NCBI GenBank assembly: GCA_947259975.1
Contig: CAMYOD010000077.1
Location: forward strand, 8,473 to 72,472
Direction: 5' to 3'
DNA: 64,000 bases
Source of the DNA: an uncultured Gammaproteobacteria bacterium
GTDB taxonomy: Bacteria > Pseudomonadota > Gammaproteobacteria > HyVt-429
Shown: positions 7,326-16,046 of the stretch, one piece after another
Position numbering within the stretch: position 1 is the first letter of the stretch
How the letters are laid out: each line of letters starts with the position of its first letter
Program-made: the position numbers and the translations under genes
Notes under the pieces: generated by a model
The model's input: only the letters and a program-made list of their open reading frames with translations
What the model was told of the DNA's origin: nothing
The model's database searches: none

Positions 7326-8726
7326 ATGATGCGGGACCGCATTTCGACCCCGGGATGGATCATGGGAATTCTTGTCGCCGGCCTGCTAACAGTCGGTGTG
7401 GGATTCCTGTTCCTGAACCAGCTCGTGCCCCTGTTCGCCGACGATCACTGCCGGGCATCCGAGAGTTTCAGCATCGTCCGCGTTGTTCACGCCGCCTACA
7501 ACACCTATTTCAGCTGGAGCGGCCGGTTCCCGGTGATGTTTTTTAATTTTCTGTTCCATGCCGACGGTCACCGGCTGGTCGGCGTATTCGAGATCATGAA
7601 TGCCCTGGCACTGTGCGCGGCCTGTGTGCTGGCACTGCGGCTTGCGCCGCAGTCACCGAGTTTCTGGCACGGCTTCGGTCTGGCGATGACCTTTCTGTTT
7701 CTGTTCTGGTTCGTGCCCGACTTTTTCGGCGAAGCCGTCTTGTGGAAAACCGGCGCGGTGCAATATTTCTGGGGTTTGTTATTGGCCGCCGCCTGCCTGC
7801 TGCCGGTGTTGCGCGCCGCCGTCTACGGCGAGATCTACGCGCCGGGACGTCTGATTGCCGGTGTCTTTTTGTTCGCGGCGTTCCTCGGCGGTGCATGGCT
7901 GGAGAATGTCTCGGTGGCGGTAGCGGCGGTTTGGGCGGCGGCATTGGCGTATATACATTTCGGTCAGCGGCGTACCGTGCCCAAGGTGCTCAGCGTCGGG
8001 CTGGTGCTTTGGGTGACCGGTGCGGTGCTGTTGATCGCCGCGCCGGGCAACTATGTCCGGGTCGCGGCGATCGAAGCCCATATGCCTCTGTACGCAAAAC
8101 TGCTGCCACTCAGCGAGCGTCTGTTTCACCATCTGGATACCAAGTTGCTGTTGTTTTTTATCGGCTTCGTGGTGATTGCCGTTGCTCTCGGCACGGCCTC
8201 GCTGCGGCGACAGCTGGTGATGTCGGGAATCTGGTTTTCCCTCGCACTGCTTTCGGCCTATGCCATGATGGGCGCACCGAATATCGTCTTCGACGGACGC
8301 ACCAAGTTTCCAACCGAGTTCTTTCAGATTCTGGCGGTGGTGAGCGTCTTTCCGCATCTGGATGGCCGGCACGACGCCGACCGCTGGCAGCGTCCCGCGG
8401 CTGTTTTGCTGGCCGTCATGGCGATCGGGATGCTGTCGCTGGTGACGAGGGATTACCGCACGGTGACATTACGCTATGCGGACGTGTCGCGGCAGAACGA
8501 TGCGCGATTGGCGCAGGCGCGCTCGGAACGGGCGCGCGGTATCGACGAGCATCTAGTACCGCCGCTCGATTTCGGCGGCGGCTGGTCGACGTGGCGCGGC
8601 GACGTCAACCGGGGTCGTATCTTCGCCCGTGACATACGTCCGGATGCGGGCCACTGGGCCAACGCCTGTTTCGCCAAGGCGCACCGATTGAAGCGTGTGC
8701 GCCTGGCGCTGCCGGAGGAACGCTGA
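7326..8726 (+). CDS. Polytopic membrane glycosyltransferase of GT-C type (ArnT/PMT/GT87-like; family not resolved)
   Basis: 466 aa, about 11 predicted TM helices; acidic 'FADDH' motif in the first extracytoplasmic loop as in GT-C enzymes; AAGGAG SD. The stop abuts the GT2 gene (operon). Confidence 0.55.
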   Translation: MMRDRISTPGWIMGILVAGLLTVGVGFLFLNQLVPLFADDHCRASESFSIVRVVHAAYNTYFSWSGRFPVMFFNFLFHADGHRLVGVFEIMNALALCAACVLALRLAPQSPSFWHGFGLAMTFLFLFWFVPDFFGEAVLWKTGAVQYFWGLLLAAACLLPVLRAAVYGEIYAPGRLIAGVFLFAAFLGGAWLENVSVAVAAVWAAALAYIHFGQRRTVPKVLSVGLVLWVTGAVLLIAAPGNYVRVAAIEAHMPLYAKLLPLSERLFHHLDTKLLLFFIGFVVIAVALGTASLRRQLVMSGIWFSLALLSAYAMMGAPNIVFDGRTKFPTEFFQILAVVSVFPHLDGRHDADRWQRPAAVLLAVMAIGMLSLVTRDYRTVTLRYADVSRQNDARLAQARSERARGIDEHLVPPLDFGGGWSTWRGDVNRGRIFARDIRPDAGHWANACFAKAHRLKRVRLALPEER

Positions 8727-8727
8727 C

Positions 8728-9465
8728 ATGGTCGTGGTGATACCGTGCTACAACGAGGCAACGCGGTTGCCGGTGGACCGGATCGTCGAGGATTGTCGTG
8801 CGTTTACATCCCTGATCTTCGTGAACGACGGCTCCACGGATGACACCGCGGCGGTATTGGACGAACTCGCCGAACGCATTCGGCAAGCGGGCGGGCAGGC
8901 GGCGATCCACACCCTGGCCCGAAACTGTGGCAAAGGGGAAGCGATCCGTCAGGGGATCCTGCTGCATCTGGCCGGTGACGACGGCGAGCTGCCGGTGGCC
9001 TATACCGACGCGGATCTGTCGACGCCCCTGGGGGAGTTACCGCGCCTCGTGACCGTCCTGTCCGCGACCCACAGCGACCTGGTGATCGGTGCGCGGGTGG
9101 CGCTGATGGGGCGGGAGATCAAACGTTCGCTGATACGCCATTACGTGGGCCGTATCGCGGCGACCCTGATTTCCGAGATTCTGGCCTTGCCGGTGTATGA
9201 CACCCAGGCCGGCGCCAAGGTTTTCTCCGCGAGCGCCGCCCGTCTGTTGTTCCGCGACCCGTTCCTGTCGCGCTGGCTGTTCGATTGTGAGTTGTTACTG
9301 CGCGCGCGGCAGGCGGCGTTGCCGATCTACGAGGAGCCGCTGCGACGCTGGATACATCAGGAGGAAGGCTCCAAGATCCATCCCGGCACCTACGGCCGCG
9401 CCCTGGTGGAACTCGTGCGCATCGCCCGCGCCTATCGGCGCCGAGGTCCGCCCAAGCGGTCATGA
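8728..9465 (+). CDS. GT2 polyprenyl-phosphate sugar synthase (DPM1/ArnC/GtrB-like)
   Basis: 'VVVIPCYNEATRL…IFVNDGSTDDT…YTDADLSTP' are the GT2 DXD signatures. GGAGGA SD. The ATG lies 1 nt after the stop of the GT-C gene. Confidence 0.8.
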   Translation: MVVVIPCYNEATRLPVDRIVEDCRAFTSLIFVNDGSTDDTAAVLDELAERIRQAGGQAAIHTLARNCGKGEAIRQGILLHLAGDDGELPVAYTDADLSTPLGELPRLVTVLSATHSDLVIGARVALMGREIKRSLIRHYVGRIAATLISEILALPVYDTQAGAKVFSASAARLLFRDPFLSRWLFDCELLLRARQAALPIYEEPLRRWIHQEEGSKIHPGTYGRALVELVRIARAYRRRGPPKRS

Positions 9466-10451
9466 CGAAAGGCATCCAGGTAGGCCGAAATTCGTTGCTC
9501 GAGCCAGTAGCGGGGACGCCAAGGCCAGGTGCCGTTAACGAAACCGGCGTGGCCACCGTGGCGGCTGAGTTCGAGGCGCACCGCCGCGGACAGTTCATCC
9601 GGCCGCGGCACCGTATCCGGCGTCATGAACGGGTCGTCCGCCGCGTGCAGGATCAGGGTCGGGACGCGAATGTCTTTGATGAAGCCCCGGCTGCTGCAAC
9701 GGGCGTAATAATCCCGCGCACCGTCGAAGCCGTGCAGCGGCGCGGTGGCACAGTCGTCGAACTCGTAGAAGGTCCGGCAGGCGGCGACGGCGGCCATATC
9801 GATAGGGACATCGGCACGGCCGGCGAACTTGCGCCGCATCAATTCCTTCATGCTGTAGACTAGGCGCAGCTGGTACATGCGCGAAAAGCCGCGTTCGATG
9901 CGCCGCGCCGACTTGTAAAGATCGAAGGGTACCGACACGGCCACCGCGGCGGCGAGCGGTGCGGCCTCGCCACTTTCCCCCAGCCATTTGAGTAACACGT
10001 TGCCACCGAGGGAGTAGCCGATCACTGCCAGCATGGTTTCCGGCTCCCGGCGTTGCAGGGTCGCGATCAAATAGGCCAGGTCACCGGTTTCGCCGGAGTG
10101 ATAGCCCCGCGGCAGGCGATTGACCTCACCGCTGCAGCCACGGAAATGCATCACCACCACGCGCCAGCCACGGCGGCTCAAGGTGTGACTCAGGCCGCGG
10201 GCGTAGGGCGAGCGGGAACTGCCCTGCAGGCCATGCAGAATGACCGCAATCGGTCCGTCAGTTTGCCCGGTCCAGTCGAGATCGATGAAATCCCCGTCCG
10301 GAAGTTCCAGGCGTTCGCGTCGGTAGGCGGGGCGTGGGCGTGGCCGAAACACCTTCTGCCACAGGGTTTGCACATGCGGATTGCGGCACCACCAGGCGGG
10401 CTCGAAGCCGGCGGTGGACGGACTGCTGGCGGGTGGGTTCATGGCGCGCAA
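9432..10451 (-). CDS. yheT: Alpha/beta-fold hydrolase, YheT family
   Basis: 339 aa; 'RERLELPDGDFIDLDW…VILHGLQGSSRSPY…GYSLGGNVL' matches the E. coli YheT pattern and the nucleophile elbow. The 3' end overlaps the convergent GT2 gene by 34 nt. Confidence 0.75.
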   Translation of the reverse strand: MRAMNPPASSPSTAGFEPAWWCRNPHVQTLWQKVFRPRPRPAYRRERLELPDGDFIDLDWTGQTDGPIAVILHGLQGSSRSPYARGLSHTLSRRGWRVVVMHFRGCSGEVNRLPRGYHSGETGDLAYLIATLQRREPETMLAVIGYSLGGNVLLKWLGESGEAAPLAAAVAVSVPFDLYKSARRIERGFSRMYQLRLVYSMKELMRRKFAGRADVPIDMAAVAACRTFYEFDDCATAPLHGFDGARDYYARCSSRGFIKDIRVPTLILHAADDPFMTPDTVPRPDELSAAVRLELSRHGGHAGFVNGTWPWRPRYWLEQRISAYLDAFRHDRLGGPRRR

Positions 10452-10478
10452 CCCGCGCGCGTTACGTGCAACAGATAC

Positions 10479-10879
10479 TCAGGCTTGCTGCCGCTCGCGG
10501 ATCTCGTCGAGGGTCTTGCAATCGATACACAGGTTCGCGGTCGGGCGCGCCTCGAGCCGCTGAATGCCGATCTCGACGCCGCAGTTTTCGCAATAACCGT
10601 AGTCGCCCATCTCGATGAGTTCGATGGACTCGTTGATCTTTTTCAACAGCTTGCGTTCCCGGTCGCGGCTGCGTAACTCCAGTGACATGTCGTCTCGTCC
10701 TGCATGGCGTGGACCGTACGGGAAACCTCGTCCATCAGTTCGTCGCGCCAGCCTTCGAGAATCGCGCGGAAGTGGGTGCGCTGCTTGTCATTCATAAACT
10801 TCTCGCCCTTGCGCGCCTTATAGGGCTTCACACCATGAATCAGTTCGGGCGGCTGTTGCTGCTTTGAGCTGGCCGGCAT
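10479..10879 (-). pseudogene. dksA: dksA disrupted by an out-of-frame internal deletion (the N-terminal part and the C4 zinc-finger part are in different frames)
   Basis: The frame from the ATG at 10877-10879 encodes [62 protein letters not shown], then TTCHW…stop. The -1 frame has the ATG (10686-10688)[68 protein letters not shown]. The roughly 17 codons of the DksA coiled-coil tip (AANFPDPVDRAxQEEEF in E. coli) are absent. Confidence 0.7.
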
Positions 10880-11010
10880 ATTGCTACTCCTGCGCATAAC
10901 GCTGAAAAACCAAGCGCGCAGTTGTACCAAAAAACGCCCTGCCAACGCAATACAGGGTAGAATCGCGCCTCTGAAATCGACTTTGACCATAGATTGAGTA
11001 GGGGTAATTC

Positions 11011-11799
11011 ATGGCGGCGACACACGCAAACACTCGCCTGCAGGCATTGATCTTCGACGTGGATGGCACCCTCGCCGATACCGAGCGGGACGGCCATCGG
11101 GTGGCGTATAACGCCGCCTTTGCCGAGGCCGGCCTCGATTGGGACTGGACCGTGCCGGTGTACGGCGAGCTGCTGGCGATCACCGGCGGCAAGGAGCGCA
11201 TGCTGCACTACATCGACCACTACCGCCCGGAGTTTCAGCGGCCCGACGACCTGGCCGGCTACATCGCCGATCTGCATAAGATCAAGACTCGGCATTACAC
11301 CGAACTGCTGCGCCGCGGCGGTATCCCGTTGCGGCCCGGGGTCGCGCGTCTGCTAAACGAGGCGCGGGCCGCGGACCTGCGCCTGGCGATCGCCACCACC
11401 ACCACACCGGCCAACGTGGATGCCTTGCTGGAGACGACGCTTGGACATCACAGCCGCGACTGGTTCGAGATCATCGGCGCCGGCGATGTGGTGCCGGCGA
11501 AGAAACCGGCGCCGGATATCTACGATTACGTGCTGGCGCATATGCAACTCGCGCCTGACGCCTGTATGGCGTTCGAGGATTCGGCCAACGGTTTGCGCGC
11601 ATCCCTGGGTGCCGGTATCCAGACCGTCGTGACCATCAATGACTACACCCGGGATCATGACTTCGAGGGTGCCGCGGTGGTGCTCGACCAGATGGGTGAG
11701 CCGAATCAGCCGGCGCAGGTGCTGGCTTCGCGGGCGCCGCTCAATGGGGTTTCGGTGCTCGATTTGGCGTTGATCGAGCGCCTGCATCGTCAGCCATGA
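11011..11799 (+). CDS. cbbY: HAD-family phosphatase CbbY (xylulose-1,5-bisphosphate phosphatase-like)
   Basis: 262 aa; 'IFDVDGTLADTERDGHRVAYNAAF' and the C-terminal 'GDVVPAKKPAPDIY…AFEDSANG' are typical of CbbY. Confidence 0.8.
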   Translation: MAATHANTRLQALIFDVDGTLADTERDGHRVAYNAAFAEAGLDWDWTVPVYGELLAITGGKERMLHYIDHYRPEFQRPDDLAGYIADLHKIKTRHYTELLRRGGIPLRPGVARLLNEARAADLRLAIATTTTPANVDALLETTLGHHSRDWFEIIGAGDVVPAKKPAPDIYDYVLAHMQLAPDACMAFEDSANGLRASLGAGIQTVVTINDYTRDHDFEGAAVVLDQMGEPNQPAQVLASRAPLNGVSVLDLALIERLHRQP

Positions 11800-12950
11800 C
11801 GCTACGCGCCGCCCGCATGGCGGACATCGAGCCATTCCATGTCATGGCGCTGCTGCAGCGGGCGCGGGACCTGGAGGCCGCCGGGCGTTCGATTATCCAC
11901 ATGGAAATCGGCGAACCGGATTTTCCGACCCCGGCACCGGTGATACAGGCCGGCATCCGCGCCTTGCAGGAAAACCAGACCTTCTATACCCCGGCCACCG
12001 GCCTGCCGGCGCTGCGCGCGGCCATCGCGCAAAGTTACGCGCCCACCGCGCGCCCGGATCCGGGCCAGGTCGTCGTGACGCCGGGGGCGTCGGGGGCGTT
12101 TCAATTGATCTTCGGCACGCTGCTGGATCCCGGCGACGAAGTGCTGCTCGCCGATCCGGGCTATCCCTGCAATCGGCATTTCGTGCGTTTGTTCGAGGGC
12201 CGGCCGGTCCTGGTGCCGGTGGACGCGGACAGTGCTTATCAACTGACCGCGGAGCTGGTGCGTCGCCATTGGACGGCGCGGACCAAGGCCGTGGTGCTGG
12301 CTTCGCCCTCCAATCCGACCGGCACCACCGTGCGCGGCGCGGCACTCAAGGACATCATCGAGACCGTGCACGAGTTGGGCGGGATGCTGATCGTCGACGA
12401 GATTTATCACGGTCTAAATTACGGACCGGCGGTGGAAAGCGCGCGGGAATATTCCGACGCGTTGTGCATCGTCAACAGTTTTTCCAAGTACTACGGCATG
12501 ACCGGTTGGCGCCTTGGTTGGCTGGTGGCGCCGCAGGCCTATGTGGACGATATCGATAAGCTGGCGCAAAACATTTTTCTCGCCGCGAGTACGCCGGCGC
12601 AACATGCGGCGCTGGCGGCCTTCACGCCGGAGGTGCAAAGCGAACTGCAGGCGCGCTGCGAGATGTTTCGCCAACGGCGCGATTACCTGTTGCCGGCGCT
12701 GCGGGAACTGGGCTTCAACATCCCGGTGGAACCGGAAGGTGCCTTCTATATATATGCGGAGTGTGCGGCCTTCACCGACGACAGTTACCGTTTTGCCCTG
12801 GATCTGCTCGAGCAGGCCGGGGTGGCGCTGACGCCGGGGCGGGACTTCGGCCACCATCATCCCGAACGGCATGTGCGATTTTCCTACGCCAACACCCTCG
12901 ATAACCTCAAGGAAGGGGTGCGTCGTCTCGGCGAGTTCGTCGCGCGCTAG
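11796..12950 (+). CDS. PLP-dependent aminotransferase, class I/II
   Basis: 384 aa; 'LIVDEIYHGL', 'SFSKYYGMTGWRLGWLV' (PLP Lys motif). Its start overlaps the cbbY stop. Confidence 0.8.
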   Translation: MTLRAARMADIEPFHVMALLQRARDLEAAGRSIIHMEIGEPDFPTPAPVIQAGIRALQENQTFYTPATGLPALRAAIAQSYAPTARPDPGQVVVTPGASGAFQLIFGTLLDPGDEVLLADPGYPCNRHFVRLFEGRPVLVPVDADSAYQLTAELVRRHWTARTKAVVLASPSNPTGTTVRGAALKDIIETVHELGGMLIVDEIYHGLNYGPAVESAREYSDALCIVNSFSKYYGMTGWRLGWLVAPQAYVDDIDKLAQNIFLAASTPAQHAALAAFTPEVQSELQARCEMFRQRRDYLLPALRELGFNIPVEPEGAFYIYAECAAFTDDSYRFALDLLEQAGVALTPGRDFGHHHPERHVRFSYANTLDNLKEGVRRLGEFVAR

Positions 12951-13702
12951 GCGTCCGTCGGCGAAGTCGGCTCCTGCAATTGATCGAGCCACAACGCGGT
13001 GGCGCCGGCCACCGCCGCCGGCATGACCAACAAATTCAGCAACGGGATGAGCGTCACGCCCATGACCGCGGCGCCGAAACCGAGCCCCAGGAGCCGGCGC
13101 TGACCGAGACGGCGGCGCACCTGCTTGAAACGGATGCGGTGGTTCTCCATGGGGTATTCCACATACTCCAGCGCCAGCATCCAGGCCATGAATACGGTCC
13201 ACAGGATCGGTGCCACGATATTGATTCCCGGGATGATGAACAGAAGCAGAAGCGGGATGGCCCAGACCAGGTAGTAGGAGAACTTGCGCAACTCGTTGAA
13301 CATGGCGGGCAGGAAATCCTTGAGCGCATCCATGACGCCGCCGGTGTCGGCCAACGATTCACCACGCAGTCTGGCCTCGACCTTCTCCGCGAGCAGGCCG
13401 TTAAATGGCGCCGCGATCAGATTGGCGACCAGGGTAAAGCTGAAGAAAAGCACCAGGGTGACCGCAAGTGCGAACAGGGGCCACAGCAGGTTGCGTAGCC
13501 AGCGCACCCACCAGGCGTCGCCCGTGGGCAGCATCCATTCCAGCAGGGCGTCGAAGAAATGGATGCCGACGCCGATCAGGGAGGCGAATGCGAGCAGCGC
13601 GATCAGTATGGGCAGCGCCGCGTAACGGCGCAGACCGGGTTGGCGAATGAGGCCGAAGCCGCGCCACAGATAGCCCGGTCCGCCCACCACCGCGCGCGCC
13701 AT
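12947..13702 (-). CDS. cysZ: Sulfate transporter CysZ
   Basis: 251 aa, co-linear with E. coli CysZ: 'YLWRGFGLIRQPGLRRY', 'IAAPFNGLLAEKVEARLRGE', 'IPLLNLLVMPAAVAGATALW'. Confidence 0.85.
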   Translation of the reverse strand: MARAVVGGPGYLWRGFGLIRQPGLRRYAALPILIALLAFASLIGVGIHFFDALLEWMLPTGDAWWVRWLRNLLWPLFALAVTLVLFFSFTLVANLIAAPFNGLLAEKVEARLRGESLADTGGVMDALKDFLPAMFNELRKFSYYLVWAIPLLLLFIIPGINIVAPILWTVFMAWMLALEYVEYPMENHRIRFKQVRRRLGQRRLLGLGFGAAVMGVTLIPLLNLLVMPAAVAGATALWLDQLQEPTSPTDA

Positions 13703-13710
13703 TCAGCGAC

Positions 13711-14154
13711 TCACAGCGGCAGGGTGTCGCCCAGATGTTGCGGCAGATCGTGCTCGCGCACGCTGGCTAGATCCTTGTTGATCTCGGCCTTGATCATGCC
13801 CTTGGTGGTATCGGCGAGCGCATTGCGCAGGTCGCCGAGAAAGCGCGGCGCGGCGACGAGTACCAGTTGCTCGAAGTCACCCTGCTTGCCACCCAGGTCG
13901 ACGATGCCGGCCAGTTGGCGTGCGAATTGCGCCGCGGCATGTTCGCTCGGATCCAGGGACGTGCCCATGGCATGCCGGCCCGCCCCCTGGCTGTCGAAGG
14001 CGCGGCCATGTTTGTCGGACGTGATTTCGCCGTTTTTCATGCGCCCCTCGGGGTGAGGGATGTCCTTGATGAGCTGGAGACCGGTGGAACGGCCTTGATG
14101 TTCGAATAGCCGTGCACCGCCGCGATTGGCGATGAGCACCCAGGTGACTGCCAT
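13711..14154 (-). CDS. Host-attachment-protein family protein (PF10116-like)
   Basis: 147 aa MAVTWVLIANRGGARLFEH…; size and N-terminal motif fit the family. Confidence 0.55.
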   Translation of the reverse strand: MAVTWVLIANRGGARLFEHQGRSTGLQLIKDIPHPEGRMKNGEITSDKHGRAFDSQGAGRHAMGTSLDPSEHAAAQFARQLAGIVDLGGKQGDFEQLVLVAAPRFLGDLRNALADTTKGMIKAEINKDLASVREHDLPQHLGDTLPL

Positions 14155-14216
14155 GACTGACCTCGTATGTGGATGAATAGATGGGGACGTGGGGTCCTTT
14201 CGTAAAATGATATCAG

Positions 14217-15467
14217 CTAGACGCCGGCTTCGGTAATCCGCGCGGACAGACCGCCGGCGGCCAGCCGTGCGGCACCGACGGCCGACTCGTCGGAATCCGC
14301 CGCCAGCAGGGGCGCGTCCAGGCGGCGCGCGCGAATGCGCCCCCAGGCCGGATTACGGCTGCCGGCGCCGGCGCTGCGTATGGACGTGGCGCGCCCGGCG
14401 CCGAGGCGTTCCAGCAGGGCATAGGCGCGGGTCTCGATGTCGGCGATGCCCTCGAGCAGGCCCTGAAAGAAGATGCGGTCGTCCGTCGGGCGCGGCGTCA
14501 TCCGCGGCGCCAGTTGCGGATCGCTGATCGGAAAGCGTTCGCCGGGGCCGGGCAGGGGATAATAATCCAGGCCGGTCGGCGCGTCCGGTTGTAACTGCGG
14601 GGTCAGTGCCGCCATCTCGGCGGCGGAAAAGTACTGCTGCAGCACCGCGCCGCCGCTGTTGGAGGCGCCGCCGACCAGCCACAGGTCCCCCAGGCGGTGA
14701 CTGTAGACGCCGTAGGCGGGGGCGAACACGGGTGTGGTGGCCAGTAATTTGATCACCAGCGTGGAGCCGAGCACCGTGACTGCGTCGCCGGGTGTACGCG
14801 CGCCGCTGGCCAGAAACGCCGCCACCCCGTCCGTGGTGCCGGCCACCACCCGCACCGCGGACGACAGCCCGAGTTCGGCGGCGAGGTCGCTACGCAGGGG
14901 ACCGATGTCGCTGCCCGGGGCCAGCACCCGCGGCAACCAGGCAGAGGGCACATCGAGTGCGGCGAGCCAGTCCGGCCAGGTCTCGGCGCGCGGGTCATAA
15001 CCCAATTTCAGCGCGTTGTTGTAATCGCTGACACCGAAACACCCGGTCAGTTGCCCGGTAAGCCAGTCGGCCTGATGCAAGGCGTGCCGGGCCGGTGCCG
15101 TCTCGGTGTGGGCACGCAGCCACAACAGTTTCGCCAGGGCACTGCCGGCGCCGTGGGCGCCGCTGTCCGCTGGTGCCACTGCGGCGATCGCCGCCGCCTC
15201 GGCCCGCGCGCGCTGATCGTTGTACATGAGCGCCGGCGCCAAAGGCGCGCCGGCGGCATCGCACAGCAGCAGGCTGGCCGAGGTGCCATCGACGGCAATG
15301 GCGCGGATGCGTTGCGCGGCCACGGTGGTCACCAGTTGGCCGAGCGCTTCGCGGGTGGCGGTCCACCAAAGGGCCGGATCCTGAGTTACTTCGGGGCCGC
15401 GGCGTTGCGGTGGCGGCATCGCCACCACGGCCCGCCCCGCTTCAGTGCCGGCGGCGTCGATGGCCAC
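14217..15467 (-). CDS. FGGY-family carbohydrate kinase (the true start is probably upstream; see finding)
   Basis: 416 aa from the GTG at 15465-15467; FGGY core ('HALHQADWLTGQLTG…', 'LGSTLVIKLL…', 'GGASNSGGAVL'). The in-frame upstream sequence encodes …LFIGIDVGTGGCRAVAID, the phosphate-1 motif. Confidence 0.75.
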   Translation of the reverse strand: MAIDAAGTEAGRAVVAMPPPQRRGPEVTQDPALWWTATREALGQLVTTVAAQRIRAIAVDGTSASLLLCDAAGAPLAPALMYNDQRARAEAAAIAAVAPADSGAHGAGSALAKLLWLRAHTETAPARHALHQADWLTGQLTGCFGVSDYNNALKLGYDPRAETWPDWLAALDVPSAWLPRVLAPGSDIGPLRSDLAAELGLSSAVRVVAGTTDGVAAFLASGARTPGDAVTVLGSTLVIKLLATTPVFAPAYGVYSHRLGDLWLVGGASNSGGAVLQQYFSAAEMAALTPQLQPDAPTGLDYYPLPGPGERFPISDPQLAPRMTPRPTDDRIFFQGLLEGIADIETRAYALLERLGAGRATSIRSAGAGSRNPAWGRIRARRLDAPLLAADSDESAVGAARLAAGGLSARITEAGV

Positions 15468-15579
15468 TGCCCGGCAGCCGCCGGTGCCGACGTCGATACC
15501 GATAAAGAGGGCCGAGTTGCGAGGGGCGAGGGGCGAGGTCGTTTCCTCGTAAGTATCTGTAATTGAATCGAGAGTCGCT

Positions 15580-15987
15580 TCAGTCGGCGGGATCGACCCC
15601 GGGCAGCGGCACGGGATTCGCTGGCGTCCAGCCGTCCTGCTGATGGTCCGCCACCACGCGGGTGTAAATGCCGCCGCGGACGTTGAAATCCGCCGTCAGC
15701 CGCAGGTAGCGGGGCGCGATTGCGGCCACCAGGTCGTCACGGATGCGGTTGGTCACTGCCTCGTGGAAGGCGCCCTCGTCACGGTAGGACCAGATATAGA
15801 GTTTCAGGGACTTGAGTTCGATGCACAGTTGGTCCGGCACGTAGTCGATGTGCAGGCTGGCGAAATCCGGTTGCCCGGTCTTCGGGCACAGGCAGGTGAA
15901 CTCGGGAATCTCGATCTGGATGGTGTAATCCCGCCCCGTTTCCGGGTTCGCGAAGGTCTCGAGCTGCTTGCTCGGTTTGGTAGGCAT
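15580..15987 (-). CDS. queF: NADPH-dependent 7-cyano-7-deazaguanine reductase QueF (type I)
   Basis: '[52 protein letters not shown]' carries the QueF Cys/Glu catalytic motifs. Start taken at MPTKPSK. Confidence 0.85.
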   Translation of the reverse strand: MPTKPSKQLETFANPETGRDYTIQIEIPEFTCLCPKTGQPDFASLHIDYVPDQLCIELKSLKLYIWSYRDEGAFHEAVTNRIRDDLVAAIAPRYLRLTADFNVRGGIYTRVVADHQQDGWTPANPVPLPGVDPAD

Positions 15988-16046
15988 TTTCGCTCTCGTG
16001 TGATAGTTTTCGGGCAGCAAATTGTAAACGAAATCGCACTAATTTA

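Noticed and set aside
15988-16046. Suspiciously short (59 bp) divergent spacer between queF and smc as evidence of a mis-called start
   Set aside because: The queF start at MPTKPSK is supported by alignment to type I QueF, and the smc start by the Walker-A position. Compact divergent promoters of this size are common.
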